Source: an uncultured bacterium (lineage in GTDB: Bacteria > Patescibacteriota > Microgenomatia > Levybacterales > UBA12049). From it: a stretch of DNA of 64,000 nt. Where the stretch lies: NCBI GenBank assembly GCA_963826535.1, contig CAWGXL010000010.1, positions 106,814-170,813 on the forward strand. The letters run 5' to 3'. How positions within the stretch are numbered: the first letter of the stretch is position 1; every line of letters starts with the position of its first letter. Under the pieces are notes generated by a model. That model was not told where the DNA came from, ran no database searches, and saw nothing but the letters and a program-made list of their open reading frames with translations. The position numbers and the translations under genes are program-made. Shown piece by piece: positions 8,356 to 18,508 of this stretch.

Positions 8356-10716
8356 TCAACTCAACGCTGGTGAGGTATGTGCAAACGCGTGGCCATTGTG
8401 TGAACGCGGCTTTGGTAGCGGTTTGACAAGTGCGATTTCCAGGACCTCATCCATATGCGAGACAAATTTGAACTTCATATCGTTAAGTACCTCCTTGGGT
8501 ATATCTTCCAGATCTTTCTTGTTCTCCTTCGGCAATATAATCGTTCTAAGACCAGCTCGGTGAGCCGCAATCGCCTTCTCTTTTATTCCGCCGATTTCCA
8601 ATACTCTTCCGCGTAATGTTACCTCTCCTGTCATGCCGATTTTCCTATTAACTGGTATTTTTGAAAGCGCCGAAGCAATTGCTGTAGTAATCGCTATACC
8701 GGCCGACGGACCGTCTTTGGGCACTGCACCTTCGGGCACATGTACATGTACATCAATTTTTTGATAGAATTTTTCGTTTAAACTAAGCTTATCAGCACGT
8801 GCGCGGATGTATGACATAGCAGCTTGGCATGATTCTTTCATTACATCACCCAGCTGTCCTGTGAGAATTAATTGACCCTTGCCCGGCATTAGAGCTACTT
8901 CAATGAACAGTATATCGCCTCCTGCTTCTGTCCAGGCGAGTCCTGTTGACATACCTATTGTATTTTGTTTCTCAATCATTGTCGAAGTAAATTTGATTGG
9001 ACCCAGGTATTTTTGAACATCATCAGCTTTAATATTTATTTTTTTAGTTTCTCCTTCGGCTACTTTTTTGGCAACTTTACGAAAAACAGTCGCAATTTTT
9101 CGCTCTAAATTCCTTACTCCTGCCTCACGCGTATAGTGTTGGCCTATAAACTGAATTGCTTTATCGGTAAGATCGAGATTATCATTTTTCAAACCATGAT
9201 TTTCAAGCTGCTTCTTCACTAAGAAGTCTCGTGCAATCTTGAATTTCTCATCATGTGTGTATCCTGCAAATTGGATGATCTCGAGACGATCACGAAGAGC
9301 GGCTGGAATAGTGTCTAAAACATTTGCGGTTGTGATAAACATCACGTTGGACAAATCAAAAGGAACTTCTAAATAATGATCTGAAAACATAGAATTCTGT
9401 TCAGGATCAAGTGCTTCGAGGAGTGCCGAAGATGGATCCCCGCGGAAGTCCGAGCCGACTTTATCAATTTCATCGAGCATGAATACAGGATTTTTAGTAT
9501 TAGCGTCTTTTATACCCTGAATGATACGGCCGGGTAGCGCTCCAACGTATGTTCTTCTATGTCCTCGTATTTCTGCTTCATCTCGTATGCCACCCAAAGA
9601 AACTCTAACAAACTTGCGGCCTAGCGCGCGTGCAATTGATTTACCTATTGATGTTTTACCTACTCCGGGAGGTCCTACAAAACATAGGATAGGTCCTTTC
9701 ATTTTTCCGGATAATTTATGTACTGCAAGGTATTCAATAATGCGTTCCTTTGCTTTTTGCAAACCGTAATGATCTTCATCGAGAATTTTTTCTGCTGTTT
9801 TGATCTCGCTGTTGTCGCGGCTTTCACTGCTCCATGGCAAAGCAACCAAAAGATCAAGGTAATTGCGAATATAACCGGCTTCAGGGTTGAACTGGTTCAT
9901 ATTCTGCAATTTGTTCACTTCTTTCTTGGCTTTTTCCTCTACCTCATCAGGCATTTTTGCATCCTTTATTTTTTGCATATAGATCTTAATTTCCGAGGTC
10001 TCTTCTTTCTCGCCCAGTTCTTCTTCGATTGTTCTTAATCTTTCACGAAGCATAGCTTCTCTAGCACCTTTTTCAAACCTCTCCTGAGTCTTAGAAGCAA
10101 TTCGGCGTTCAATCTCAAGTATTTTAATTTCTTTTGCGAGTAGTTCGGTAAGTTTCTGTAATCTTTGCTTTACATTTGTCATTTCCAGAAGCTCTTGGCG
10201 TTCCATTGGTTTTAGATCGAGAGCTGAAGCAATAAGATCAGATAGTTCAGGCGCGGAATTTTCAGACATTATATTCATAAATAGCAAAAAGTCAGCTGAC
10301 TTGCCGAAGTTCATCGCTTTGCGGAATTCACTGGTCAAATGATTGCAGAGCGCGCGTATTTCTTCCGTGTCATCAACAATTTCAGGTATTTCAACAACTT
10401 TTGCCGTGAAGTAAGCGTCATGTTTTTCATAGGAAAGAATTTTTACGCGGCTCAATCCTCTTACCTGAGCATTTATTTCTCCATCAGTGCGTATCATTCT
10501 TTCAATTCTGGAAAGGGTTCCGATTGAATAAAGATCGCTGGGAGTTGGGTCATTTAACCGCGCATTTTTTTGAAGTACAAAACATACTATTCGTTCCTTT
10601 TGAAAAGCGGATTCAAGCGCGCTTAAACTTTTTGGTCGTCCGAAGGTTAAAACCGAATCTGTACTTGGGAAAATGATTCCATCTCGAATAGGTATTACAG
10701 GTACAATTTTTTCCAT
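8356..10716 (-). CDS. lon: ATP-dependent Lon protease
   Basis: 786 aa. Walker [10 protein letters not shown]; Lon proteolytic serine motif PKDGPSAG; N-terminal LON substrate-binding domain. Confidence 0.95.
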   Translation of the reverse strand: MEKIVPVIPIRDGIIFPSTDSVLTFGRPKSLSALESAFQKERIVCFVLQKNARLNDPTPSDLYSIGTLSRIERMIRTDGEINAQVRGLSRVKILSYEKHDAYFTAKVVEIPEIVDDTEEIRALCNHLTSEFRKAMNFGKSADFLLFMNIMSENSAPELSDLIASALDLKPMERQELLEMTNVKQRLQKLTELLAKEIKILEIERRIASKTQERFEKGAREAMLRERLRTIEEELGEKEETSEIKIYMQKIKDAKMPDEVEEKAKKEVNKLQNMNQFNPEAGYIRNYLDLLVALPWSSESRDNSEIKTAEKILDEDHYGLQKAKERIIEYLAVHKLSGKMKGPILCFVGPPGVGKTSIGKSIARALGRKFVRVSLGGIRDEAEIRGHRRTYVGALPGRIIQGIKDANTKNPVFMLDEIDKVGSDFRGDPSSALLEALDPEQNSMFSDHYLEVPFDLSNVMFITTANVLDTIPAALRDRLEIIQFAGYTHDEKFKIARDFLVKKQLENHGLKNDNLDLTDKAIQFIGQHYTREAGVRNLERKIATVFRKVAKKVAEGETKKINIKADDVQKYLGPIKFTSTMIEKQNTIGMSTGLAWTEAGGDILFIEVALMPGKGQLILTGQLGDVMKESCQAAMSYIRARADKLSLNEKFYQKIDVHVHVPEGAVPKDGPSAGIAITTAIASALSKIPVNRKIGMTGEVTLRGRVLEIGGIKEKAIAAHRAGLRTIILPKENKKDLEDIPKEVLNDMKFKFVSHMDEVLEIALVKPLPKPRSHNGHAFAHTSPALS

Positions 10717-10830
10717 ATTTATTTTGTGATATTAGCAATCTAACATATCATCTGCTAGTTGTCAAGAGCATGCTTAATTACTTGTTTATTTAATCATTAT
10801 ATATCCAATATGTCAATCAAAGGAATACTA

Positions 10831-11996
10831 TTATAATCCTTCAGCGTATTGAGCAGGTATAATAACTGCCCGATCTCCATTAGACCAAAAGCAAGAGTCT
10901 GAAAAAATTGCTAAATCTTGAGGTTCATGATCCATAACTCCGAAGTTAGGAACATTTTCAGTTTGGTAATTAAGCAACCCAAACTGCGACTTTTTCAAAA
11001 GTCTATAATCTCCGTGTTCCAAATACGTACATTCATTACTTTTGCTCAATATTACAGCTAAATCACCAAGCATTACATCGGTTGGCAGACTACCTCTTGG
11101 CCTATCAGCTAGTAACAGACCATATGGTCCTTGTTTTGGAAGAATGCGTTGACTGCAATTCACTATTTCCCAAAAATCTGCAGCTACAAAATTTAATCTT
11201 ACTCCATCCGAAGGAGTGATACCAAATGCAAGATCAGATGTAATTACTGGAAAGTCAACGCCATCTGATGCCGGCAATGCGAAATTTTGTACTGGTTGTC
11301 TCATTTTAAACGGACGTAATTGATAAATCATAAATGGATTCAAACCTATTTCCATTTGGTAAAGCCATTTTGGATCAACTAATCCGCTTTTCTCAACTTC
11401 CTCATACGTCTTTACAGCCTCTTTAATTTCCTCTTTAGTAATATTGGTTGTCCAATTAATAATACTTATAAAGTCATCTTTACGGATTTGCGCAGAGGAT
11501 AAGTTCATTAACGGTCTTTCTTCTATATTCGCATAATTCATATCTATTTCCTCTAACTTATGCGGATGTCTAAGCATACTTCCCACAATAAGTGACCTTG
11601 ATTGCTCTTGCACCAAGACATGTGCCTCAGGAGTAAAGGGTTGACCCCAGTCTTCTGCGTGTCTGCGTAAATCCACACTTGCTGCTTTCCTTGTAATTAA
11701 ATTAATTGCGCTTTGTAATTCGTCTTCTGTAGTTACATTACGCTTTGTGGGAAGTACGTCTATATATCCATGCCAGTCGTAAAATGCGATCCTCGTACAA
11801 TTAAAGGTCCGCGCAAATCTCGAAAAGCAGCAGCTACTAGTCGGGGATTCCTTAAATCCTCATAGTAAAGGTAGCGTGATTTTGGAACAGGAAACCCCTT
11901 TTCAGCAAGCGCCCTATTTCCTTCAAGCTTACCTCCGCCGCGATTAATAGGAATTGGTGACCTCTCTACTCTACTACGTTCATGCTCAACAGGCAT
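10831..11996 (-). pseudogene. ATP-grasp-like protein split into two ORFs (78-aa N-part 11996..11760; 281-aa C-part 11676..10831, GTG start in track) by an apparent frameshift
   Basis: The C-part frame stays open upstream to ~11859 without a start codon and overlaps the N-part ORF. The N-part carries an ATP-grasp-like KLEGNRALAEKGFPVPKS motif. Frameshift, or a sequencing error, lies within ~11760-11859. Confidence 0.4.
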
Positions 11997-12081
11997 ATTT
12001 GAGCTAATTATAACAGATGAATGAAGTGTTTTGATATAGTATGTTACTATGGCTAATGGATTATTTTGGCAGCTTGACTTG

Positions 12082-12111
12082 CCTTATATAACCTTATATA
12101 ATCTTATATAG
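12082..12111. repeat. Three tandem 10-bp repeats (CCTTATATAA x2, TCTTATATAG) immediately upstream of the second fic gene; includes a TATAAT-like -10
   Basis: Read directly; ends 10 nt before the ATG at 12121. Confidence 0.6.
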
Positions 12112-12120
12112 TTCTGATAT

Positions 12121-13173
12121 ATGGCAAACTTTACTCTCAGATTAGAAAATCTTCCTAACGACATTTGGGCAAAAATAACACAAATTGAGGAGTTAAAAGG
12201 CAGATGGAGCGCAGGTGTTAACCTCAGTCCACAAACTTTGGGACGCTTAAAGCGGTCTGTCCTTATTACTTCAACTGGTGCCTCGACTCGTATTGAAGGG
12301 GCAAAGTTGTCTGATGAAGACATTGAAAAGATGCTTCGGGGTATTTCAATACAAAAGTTCAGCAATCGAGACGCGCAGGAAGTACAAGGGTATTATGAAT
12401 TGTTACTCAATGTTTTTGACGCTTGGGAAGATTTACATTTAAACGAAGGTCTTATTAAGCACTTCCATAAAGAGCTTCTAAAGTATGTAGAAAAAGACAA
12501 ACTTCATCGAGGTGAGTATAAAATGCAAGAAAACAAAGTGGAAATGATAGATGAGGCGGGAAATTCAATTGGAATACTTTTTGATACTTCACCAGCCTAC
12601 TTAACTCCAAAGGAAATGACCGAACTTGTCGAATGGACAAAGCAGGCATTGACGGAGAAAAAATATCATCCGTTACTTATTGTCGGTAATTTCATCGTTG
12701 AATTTTTGAATATCCATCCATTTCAAGATGGAAACGGAAGAATGTCTCGTATACTAACAAACTTGCTTTTATTGCAACAAGGTTACTTATATATGCCATA
12801 CATCTCCCATGAAAAACTTATTGAGGATAATAAACCTGAATATTATCTTGCACTTAGGCAAAGTCAAAAGACTTTCAAAACAGATAAACCCAATATTAAT
12901 CCATGGCTTAATTTTTTCTTGACTATTCTTTTGCAACAATCTCAGATGGCTTTTGGTTTACTTACTACGGAAAATATAGAAACTTTACTATCACCAAAAC
13001 AATTAGCAGTATGGGAATATTTACAAACAGTTGATGAGGCAACACCACAAAAAATAGCTGAAAAAGCTCATGTCGCACGTCCGACAGTCAATCAGGTATT
13101 AAATAAATTATTGGAGCTGAAAAAGGTAGAACGTATCGGAGAAGGTGCAGGAATTCGATATAGAAAAGTTTAG
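12121..13173 (+). CDS. Fic family protein (second paralog; class II, C-terminal wHTH)
   Basis: Fic motif [12 protein letters not shown]; inhibitory motif STRIEGA; C-terminal HTH-like tail. Confidence 0.85.
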   Translation: MANFTLRLENLPNDIWAKITQIEELKGRWSAGVNLSPQTLGRLKRSVLITSTGASTRIEGAKLSDEDIEKMLRGISIQKFSNRDAQEVQGYYELLLNVFDAWEDLHLNEGLIKHFHKELLKYVEKDKLHRGEYKMQENKVEMIDEAGNSIGILFDTSPAYLTPKEMTELVEWTKQALTEKKYHPLLIVGNFIVEFLNIHPFQDGNGRMSRILTNLLLLQQGYLYMPYISHEKLIEDNKPEYYLALRQSQKTFKTDKPNINPWLNFFLTILLQQSQMAFGLLTTENIETLLSPKQLAVWEYLQTVDEATPQKIAEKAHVARPTVNQVLNKLLELKKVERIGEGAGIRYRKV

Positions 13174-14321
13174 TTTCGTTGCCTCAAAAATGCGGGGATA
13201 TCCCAATCGTCTTCGGGTTTTTCTTCTTTTTGACCTGGTTTAGTTTCATTTACATTCTCTGCCCCCTGTTGCGTAGTTGGTGTTTGGGGTGTTGTTGCGG
13301 TGGTGGTGATAGGATCAGCTTGCTTTATGTCCGGCTGATTTATGACGAATTGTTGTAAACGTTGTTTGGTTTGGTCGAAGCCGGTAGCGACAACAGTTAT
13401 GCGGATTTGGTCATGCATCGCTTCATCTATTGTGGCGCCAAAGATAATATTGGCATCCGGGTCAGCAGCTGAATTAATGATCTGCGACGCTTCATTAACC
13501 TCGTTCATTGTAAGATCCGGACCGCCAACGATATTATAAAGTACGCCACGCGCTCCCTCCATAGTAATTTCCAGAAGCGGGGATGCAATAGCGGAGCGTG
13601 CAGCAACTTGCGCACGATTCTCCCCATTTCCCGTTCCTATTCCCATAAGCGCTGATCCTGCTTCAGACATAATAGTGCGAACATCGGCAAAATCAACATT
13701 AATTAGACCGGGCCTTGTGATTATTTCCGATATACCTTGTACGCCTTGCATAAGTACAGAATCCGCGACTTTAAAAGCATCAACTAGTGATAATTTTCTG
13801 TCTACGACATCTAAAATACGTTGATTAGGAATGACTATAAGTGTATCAACTTTATCTTTTAGATTCTCAATTCCTTCTTCAGCAGCGACCATTCGCCTGG
13901 TACCTTCAAATATAAACGGTTTGGTGACAACTGCTATAGTGAGGGCGCCAACTTCTTTGGAGATATTGGCAACAATTGGCGCAGCGCCTGTTCCAGTACC
14001 GCCGCCCATTCCGGCTGTCAGGAAAACCATATCAGAGCCATCTAACATATGCTTGATCTTCTCTGTTGATTCCTCGGCAGCTTGTTTGCCAACTTCGGGA
14101 TCACCACCGCTTCCTAATCCTTTGGTGAAATTTTCACCGATCTGAATTTTGGAATCGGCTTTGTTGAGAAGAAGGGCTTGCGCGTCAGTATTGATACTTA
14201 CAAAATCAACGCCCTGGATATTCCCATGAGCAATCATTGAGCCAATTGCATTACAACCTCCGCCGCCAATACCGCAGACTCTTATTTTGGCAAAATTCGT
14301 GGATTGAGGTCGAATTAACAT
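13170..14321 (-). CDS. ftsZ: Cell division GTPase FtsZ
   Basis: Tubulin signature GGGTGTG, N-terminal GIGGGG; 383 aa with an acidic C-terminal tail. Stop overlaps the fic stop by 4 nt (convergent). Confidence 0.95.
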   Translation of the reverse strand: MLIRPQSTNFAKIRVCGIGGGGCNAIGSMIAHGNIQGVDFVSINTDAQALLLNKADSKIQIGENFTKGLGSGGDPEVGKQAAEESTEKIKHMLDGSDMVFLTAGMGGGTGTGAAPIVANISKEVGALTIAVVTKPFIFEGTRRMVAAEEGIENLKDKVDTLIVIPNQRILDVVDRKLSLVDAFKVADSVLMQGVQGISEIITRPGLINVDFADVRTIMSEAGSALMGIGTGNGENRAQVAARSAIASPLLEITMEGARGVLYNIVGGPDLTMNEVNEASQIINSAADPDANIIFGATIDEAMHDQIRITVVATGFDQTKQRLQQFVINQPDIKQADPITTTATTPQTPTTQQGAENVNETKPGQKEEKPEDDWDIPAFLRQRN

Positions 14322-14519
14322 AGTTCGCTACATACTAGCAAATTAATATTGAGTTTGCAAGGAGTAGTCTCAACCGAAAAATACATAATTTATTTTTGAT
14401 ATACCAATATTGAATAATATTGTATAAGTGGTAAAAGCAGAAGAAATTGTTCGTTATACAGTTTGTTATATTCTGAATGATTGAACTTAGTTTCTACAAT
14501 TGCTATACTAATTTTCATT

Positions 14520-14840
14520 ATGCCAAGAAAACGTGACGAGGAATTTAAATCATTGATAAGAGAAATCGGAATACTCATTGATGCGAGAGCAAATACAACG
14601 GAGGTTATTTTAAGAGCAGAATTGGCGAGTAAAGAGGATATTAAAGATATGGTGAGAAAGAAAGATATTAAAGATATGGCGACCAAGGCTGATATTAAAG
14701 ATATGGTGAGGAAGGATGATATTAAGGATATGGCAACTAAACAAGACATTTTTCGATTAGAGAAAAAGATTGACGAAACAAAACTTTTGCAGAAGCAGGT
14801 AGATGAGATGAAAATAAGACTAGATCAGATAGAAGCTTAA
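14520..14840 (+). CDS. Small coiled-coil protein with 4.5 tandem 9-aa repeats (xxDIKDM[VA][RT]K)
   Basis: 27-bp DNA tandem repeat at ~14631-14745, in frame on the + strand. The antisense ORF 14390..14749 is a low-complexity shadow of the repeats. Start chosen at MPRKRDEE. Confidence 0.5.
   Translation: MPRKRDEEFKSLIREIGILIDARANTTEVILRAELASKEDIKDMVRKKDIKDMATKADIKDMVRKDDIKDMATKQDIFRLEKKIDETKLLQKQVDEMKIRLDQIEA
14631..14745. repeat. 27-bp tandem repeat (~4.3 copies) inside the coiled-coil protein gene
   Basis: aaagaggatattaaagatatggtgaga / aagaaagatattaaagatatggcgacc / aaggctgatattaaagatatggtgagg / aaggatgatattaaggatatggcaact. Confidence 0.8.
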
Positions 14841-14873
14841 TTGGCAAGTGTAAAATCTAGAAACTAAATCAAA

Positions 14874-16052
14874 TTAAATTTTTGATCTTCTAAACTTTTT
14901 TATATAGAAATAGGTAGCAACTACAATTATTGAAAAAATGTAGGAAATTATTCGCAAATACTCAAGCACTTGCGGAACCGGCGGATCCCAATTTCCCAGA
15001 TAAAGATATGGTGCGTAGGTTAAAAGTGCGAAAAAAGAAATTATGATACTCGGAAAAAAAACCACATATCTCTTAGATATTAGTGCGGCGATAAATAAAG
15101 CGTCTAGCAGATACCATGGTTGAAAATTGGTAAGTTGGGAAGCGTATATTATAGTACCGATCATAAGCAATAAAGACATAAAAAACATTAATTCCCAATT
15201 AATTTTTTTGTTTTTATGTTGCATGACGAGAATTATCAAGTAAACCGGCAAGAGTGCGGCTGTAGCAAATTTAATCCCAATTGATATTGCGAGTAAAATA
15301 AACGCGGTTAGATATTTTTTATTTATTAATCTATAAAGCGACCATGTAGCGAAGAAAAGCATTACCATATCCAAGTGTGCCGAGATTAGAGTTTCAATAA
15401 TAACAAGCGGGTTTAAGGCGAAAAAAAGCATACCCCAAATATAATTTTGCGGATTAATTTTTTTAAGAATTTTACCAATATAATAAGTTGTTCCTAAATA
15501 ACTTAATGCCAGAAGTAACTTGAATAAGAAAAATGTGGGAATAAATAAATTCATCCCGATAAAAGATAATGGAACTGTTAGCACAAGCCAAACAGGGCCA
15601 TATGGATAGACGCGGTGTGTCCAATGCATAAAGCTAAGCATAGGATCTCCGGGAAAATCCAGGGCTTTGTGTAAATACGGGTTCTGCTGATAATGGGTTA
15701 TGATTTTTGCATCAAACATATAATTGAATAGATCATGCGAAAATGCGTTGTAGGAAAACGTCAATATTATGGCTGTGATAATAATTAGCTTCCATGCGGT
15801 TTTTATACTAATTTTTTTTATGTAAGCAAAAATAAGAAAACCAAAATAAAAATTAAATAGAAATACAAGCAGGAAAATATATATTAGTGCAGAAAGCGGC
15901 CGGTTGAAATAACCGATGTATTGAAACGATTTAACTAACTCTCTTAAAGGCTCGATCCGTGAAAAAGTAAGACTTAAATCAATTTGTGTATATGAGTAAA
16001 AAAAGAAAGCTACTAAGATAAGTGCATAACTTATATATATTATTTTATTCAT
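14874..16052 (-). CDS. Polytopic membrane protein, putative lipid-linked-sugar-dependent (GT-C-like) glycosyltransferase, partner of the adjacent GT2
   Basis: 392 aa, at least 10 TM. Start overlaps the upstream GT2 stop by 8 nt, so the two are translationally coupled. Confidence 0.45.
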   Translation of the reverse strand: MNKIIYISYALILVAFFFYSYTQIDLSLTFSRIEPLRELVKSFQYIGYFNRPLSALIYIFLLVFLFNFYFGFLIFAYIKKISIKTAWKLIIITAIILTFSYNAFSHDLFNYMFDAKIITHYQQNPYLHKALDFPGDPMLSFMHWTHRVYPYGPVWLVLTVPLSFIGMNLFIPTFFLFKLLLALSYLGTTYYIGKILKKINPQNYIWGMLFFALNPLVIIETLISAHLDMVMLFFATWSLYRLINKKYLTAFILLAISIGIKFATAALLPVYLIILVMQHKNKKINWELMFFMSLLLMIGTIIYASQLTNFQPWYLLDALFIAALISKRYVVFFPSIIISFFALLTYAPYLYLGNWDPPVPQVLEYLRIISYIFSIIVVATYFYIKKFRRSKI

Positions 16053-16812
16053 ATTTTTTTGAAAGCGCGTTTTTTTTGATTATTAGTAGAGATCTTAATC
16101 CCTCTATAGAATCAAGAATGGGACTTACCCGGCGTGTTTCAACATAGAGCCAATTAACAGGTACTTCTCTTATTTTATAACCCTTAATTTGCGCGAGGTA
16201 TAATAACTCAACGTCAAACCCTGCAGTGACCGAAGATCCTTTAATATTATGAAAACCATTATGTATCTCCATTACTTTTGTAAAAATATCGTTTGCCGCT
16301 TTTCGTGTAAACATTTTAAACCCGCATTGTGTATCTTGAATATCTGTAAGTCCAATAAGGAAAGAACGCAAAAAAACCATTCCTTTTGCCATGAAAATCC
16401 GCGTCCAAGGAGCCCCTTTCCTCCGCGAATTTCTGGAACCGATTATAATGTCATACTTTTTGATATACGGCAATAATTTATCTAATTCTTCAATAGGCGC
16501 AGCCTGGTCCATGTCTATAAACAAAGTATATTCGCCGATCGTTTTGAGCATACCGGTCGTAACTGCCCCGGCTTTGCCAAAATGGGGATTTTGAATTAGG
16601 ATAAAATGCTTGTGTTCCTTTATAAAATCTTTGACAAACTTAGTACTTCCGTCTGTAGAACCATCGTCCACAATAATAACTTCATAAGAGAATTTTTTTT
16701 TGTCAAGGTAGTTTTTTATTTTTTCCAACACCCCTTTTTGCAGGTTGCCCATTTCATCAAAGCAGGGGATAACTACTGACAGGAAGATCTTGTTCACAGG
16801 TAAATTATACAA
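16045..16812 (-). CDS. GT2 family polyprenol-phosphate glycosyltransferase (Dpm1/GtrB-like)
   Basis: VVIPCFDE...IIVDDGSTDGS N-terminal GT-A motifs; 255 aa. Confidence 0.8.
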   Translation of the reverse strand: MYNLPVNKIFLSVVIPCFDEMGNLQKGVLEKIKNYLDKKKFSYEVIIVDDGSTDGSTKFVKDFIKEHKHFILIQNPHFGKAGAVTTGMLKTIGEYTLFIDMDQAAPIEELDKLLPYIKKYDIIIGSRNSRRKGAPWTRIFMAKGMVFLRSFLIGLTDIQDTQCGFKMFTRKAANDIFTKVMEIHNGFHNIKGSSVTAGFDVELLYLAQIKGYKIREVPVNWLYVETRRVSPILDSIEGLRSLLIIKKNALSKKYE

Positions 16813-16890
16813 TAAAATAACTCTTCAGAACACACTATGTATTATGGATTGTTTTGAGCTTGTAAATAGGTTAAAATATCATCAATTGAA

Positions 16891-16964
16891 GCCGCGTTCG
16901 TCTAGTGGCCTAGGACAGCTGATTCTCATTCAGCAGATCAGGGGTTCAAATCCCCTACGCGGTA
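16891..16964 (+). tRNA. tRNA-Glu (anticodon CTC)
   Basis: Hand fold. Acceptor GCCGCGT/ACGCGGT, anticodon stem GCTGA/TCAGC with loop TTCTCAT (anticodon CTC), T-arm AGGGGTTCAAATCCCCT. The overlapping + ORF 16745..16987 was rejected. Confidence 0.8.
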
Positions 16965-17054
16965 CAAAGCGATTGGATCTAGTCTAGTCCGTAATCTTAC
17001 ACCCCGTCCGATAGTAGTTTGATTTTTGCCTCTTTTTAATATATAATTCCCTTC

Positions 17055-17711
17055 ATGACAACAGGCGCAGAACACGACAGGCCTTCCGAGTGGTCAATTT
17101 ATCCAGGTATTCAAAAACTGATTGACCCAAGTTGGACACAGCACAAAGAAAGGCTCATAGGTGGAGGATTAACAACGCCAAGTCAGGTGTTGGGTTCTTT
17201 TTGTGAACCTCGAGACATGTTTCCTTCTGAATTGTTAAATAAATGGCGAAATATGGGATTAGTTCTTGACGTGGGCTGCGGAATCAATGTATATGGCAAG
17301 GGACCTCTTTCTACTCCAGTAGGACTAATTCCAAACGCATATGGAGTTGATCCTATTTTAGGGTTTACAAACTATGAATTAAAAGGCAGAACTATTCCTG
17401 CATACACTGAAGATTTACCATTTTACCAAGATAGCTTTGATCATTCGTTTTCATTAAGGGGTGTAGGTTGGTATGCTGGTTCAAGATTTAATCCTTATTG
17501 GTCACTTAATGAAATGATTCGTGTTACAAAACCAGGAGGATTTGTAAGTATTCTTTTAGGAAGCACAGTGGATGCAACAATTAAAAATAATACTCAACGA
17601 GTACAAGACGCTCTTGATCAAATCAAAAACGGAACGTTAGCAAGTAAAATAGATAGAATTGCTGACTATACACATGCCCCATCCCCTCAAATAGCTATTA
17701 GTTTAAAGTAA
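17055..17711 (+). CDS. Class I SAM-dependent methyltransferase
   Basis: Motif I VLDVGCG; post-II motif RVTKPGGFV. Noticeably higher GC than its neighbours. Confidence 0.65.
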   Translation: MTTGAEHDRPSEWSIYPGIQKLIDPSWTQHKERLIGGGLTTPSQVLGSFCEPRDMFPSELLNKWRNMGLVLDVGCGINVYGKGPLSTPVGLIPNAYGVDPILGFTNYELKGRTIPAYTEDLPFYQDSFDHSFSLRGVGWYAGSRFNPYWSLNEMIRVTKPGGFVSILLGSTVDATIKNNTQRVQDALDQIKNGTLASKIDRIADYTHAPSPQIAISLK

Positions 17712-17751
17712 AATAGGTTTTTAATTCCCTCTGGTAGTTAAGAATGAAGGA

Positions 17752-18474
17752 TTATTTATTACCACCTAACCCAACTTGATCAACCAAAACAGGTCGCTGT
17801 TCTTGATAATGTGGATGTTTATAGCCATTTCTTCCCCAAAATCCATCATCGCCTTTTTTCATCCCACTAAGAAATTTATGCTCTCTTTGAGACATTTCCC
17901 GCTGTGCTGCAAGAATTTTCTCATCATCATTATATGGAGTTTCAGTCGGAAGAAGATCAATAGCATATTCTTCTTCAAACATCTTTCCATAACAAAACTT
18001 TGCGCGATCTACAATGTAGTCCGCGCAAAGCACCAATACTTTCTTGCATCCATTCTTCTCAATAACATCTTTTTTAAGAAAGTATGCGTTACCGATGCTA
18101 TCCATTGATGAATCTTCGACTACTATATCTTCTTGAGGAACATCAAGGCCGAGTAAGAATTTCTGCATTTCACCTGCCTCCGTTGTCGGGGGAGTAAGAC
18201 CTTTTCTTTCCCAAGCAAGACTCCATCTGCCACTGAGCGCTATTTTTCTGGCAATATCTTTTTTATATAAATCTGATGCTATTTTTACTCGATTCTTAAC
18301 ATGTCCCGAAAGTCCCCAATTATCCCCAACAAAACCATAACCCGGAACAACAATAAGATCGTAATCTCCTTGCTGTAGCTGTTCTATGCCTTTTAGTACA
18401 CGAATATTTGAATACAGACCAGAACCTTCGAACTTTGTGGACTGTCTTGATGGAACTTCTTTAGTATCGTCCAT
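17752..18474 (-). CDS. DUF218 (YdcF/ElyC/SanA family) protein
   Basis: IVVPGYGFVGDN...KIALSGR pattern typical of DUF218; 240 aa. Confidence 0.55.
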   Translation of the reverse strand: MDDTKEVPSRQSTKFEGSGLYSNIRVLKGIEQLQQGDYDLIVVPGYGFVGDNWGLSGHVKNRVKIASDLYKKDIARKIALSGRWSLAWERKGLTPPTTEAGEMQKFLLGLDVPQEDIVVEDSSMDSIGNAYFLKKDVIEKNGCKKVLVLCADYIVDRAKFCYGKMFEEEYAIDLLPTETPYNDDEKILAAQREMSQREHKFLSGMKKGDDGFWGRNGYKHPHYQEQRPVLVDQVGLGGNK

Positions 18475-18508
18475 AGATGTTAACGGTATAACTGTTGGTT
18501 TTATATCT

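Noticed and set aside
9521-10527. Several 60-106 aa + strand ORFs inside lon
   Set aside because: They are embedded antisense in a highly conserved Lon CDS.
12084-12365. 93-aa minus-strand ORF overlapping the start of the second fic gene
   Set aside because: It lies antisense to a well-supported Fic CDS and its upstream repeat region. No start context or motifs.
14390-14749. Antisense ORF MSCLVAISLISSFLTISLIS...
   Set aside because: It is a mirror image of the 27-bp tandem repeat. The sense-strand frame gives a charged coiled-coil repeat with a sensible start and stop.
16745-16987. 80-aa + ORF
   Set aside because: It spans tRNA-Glu.
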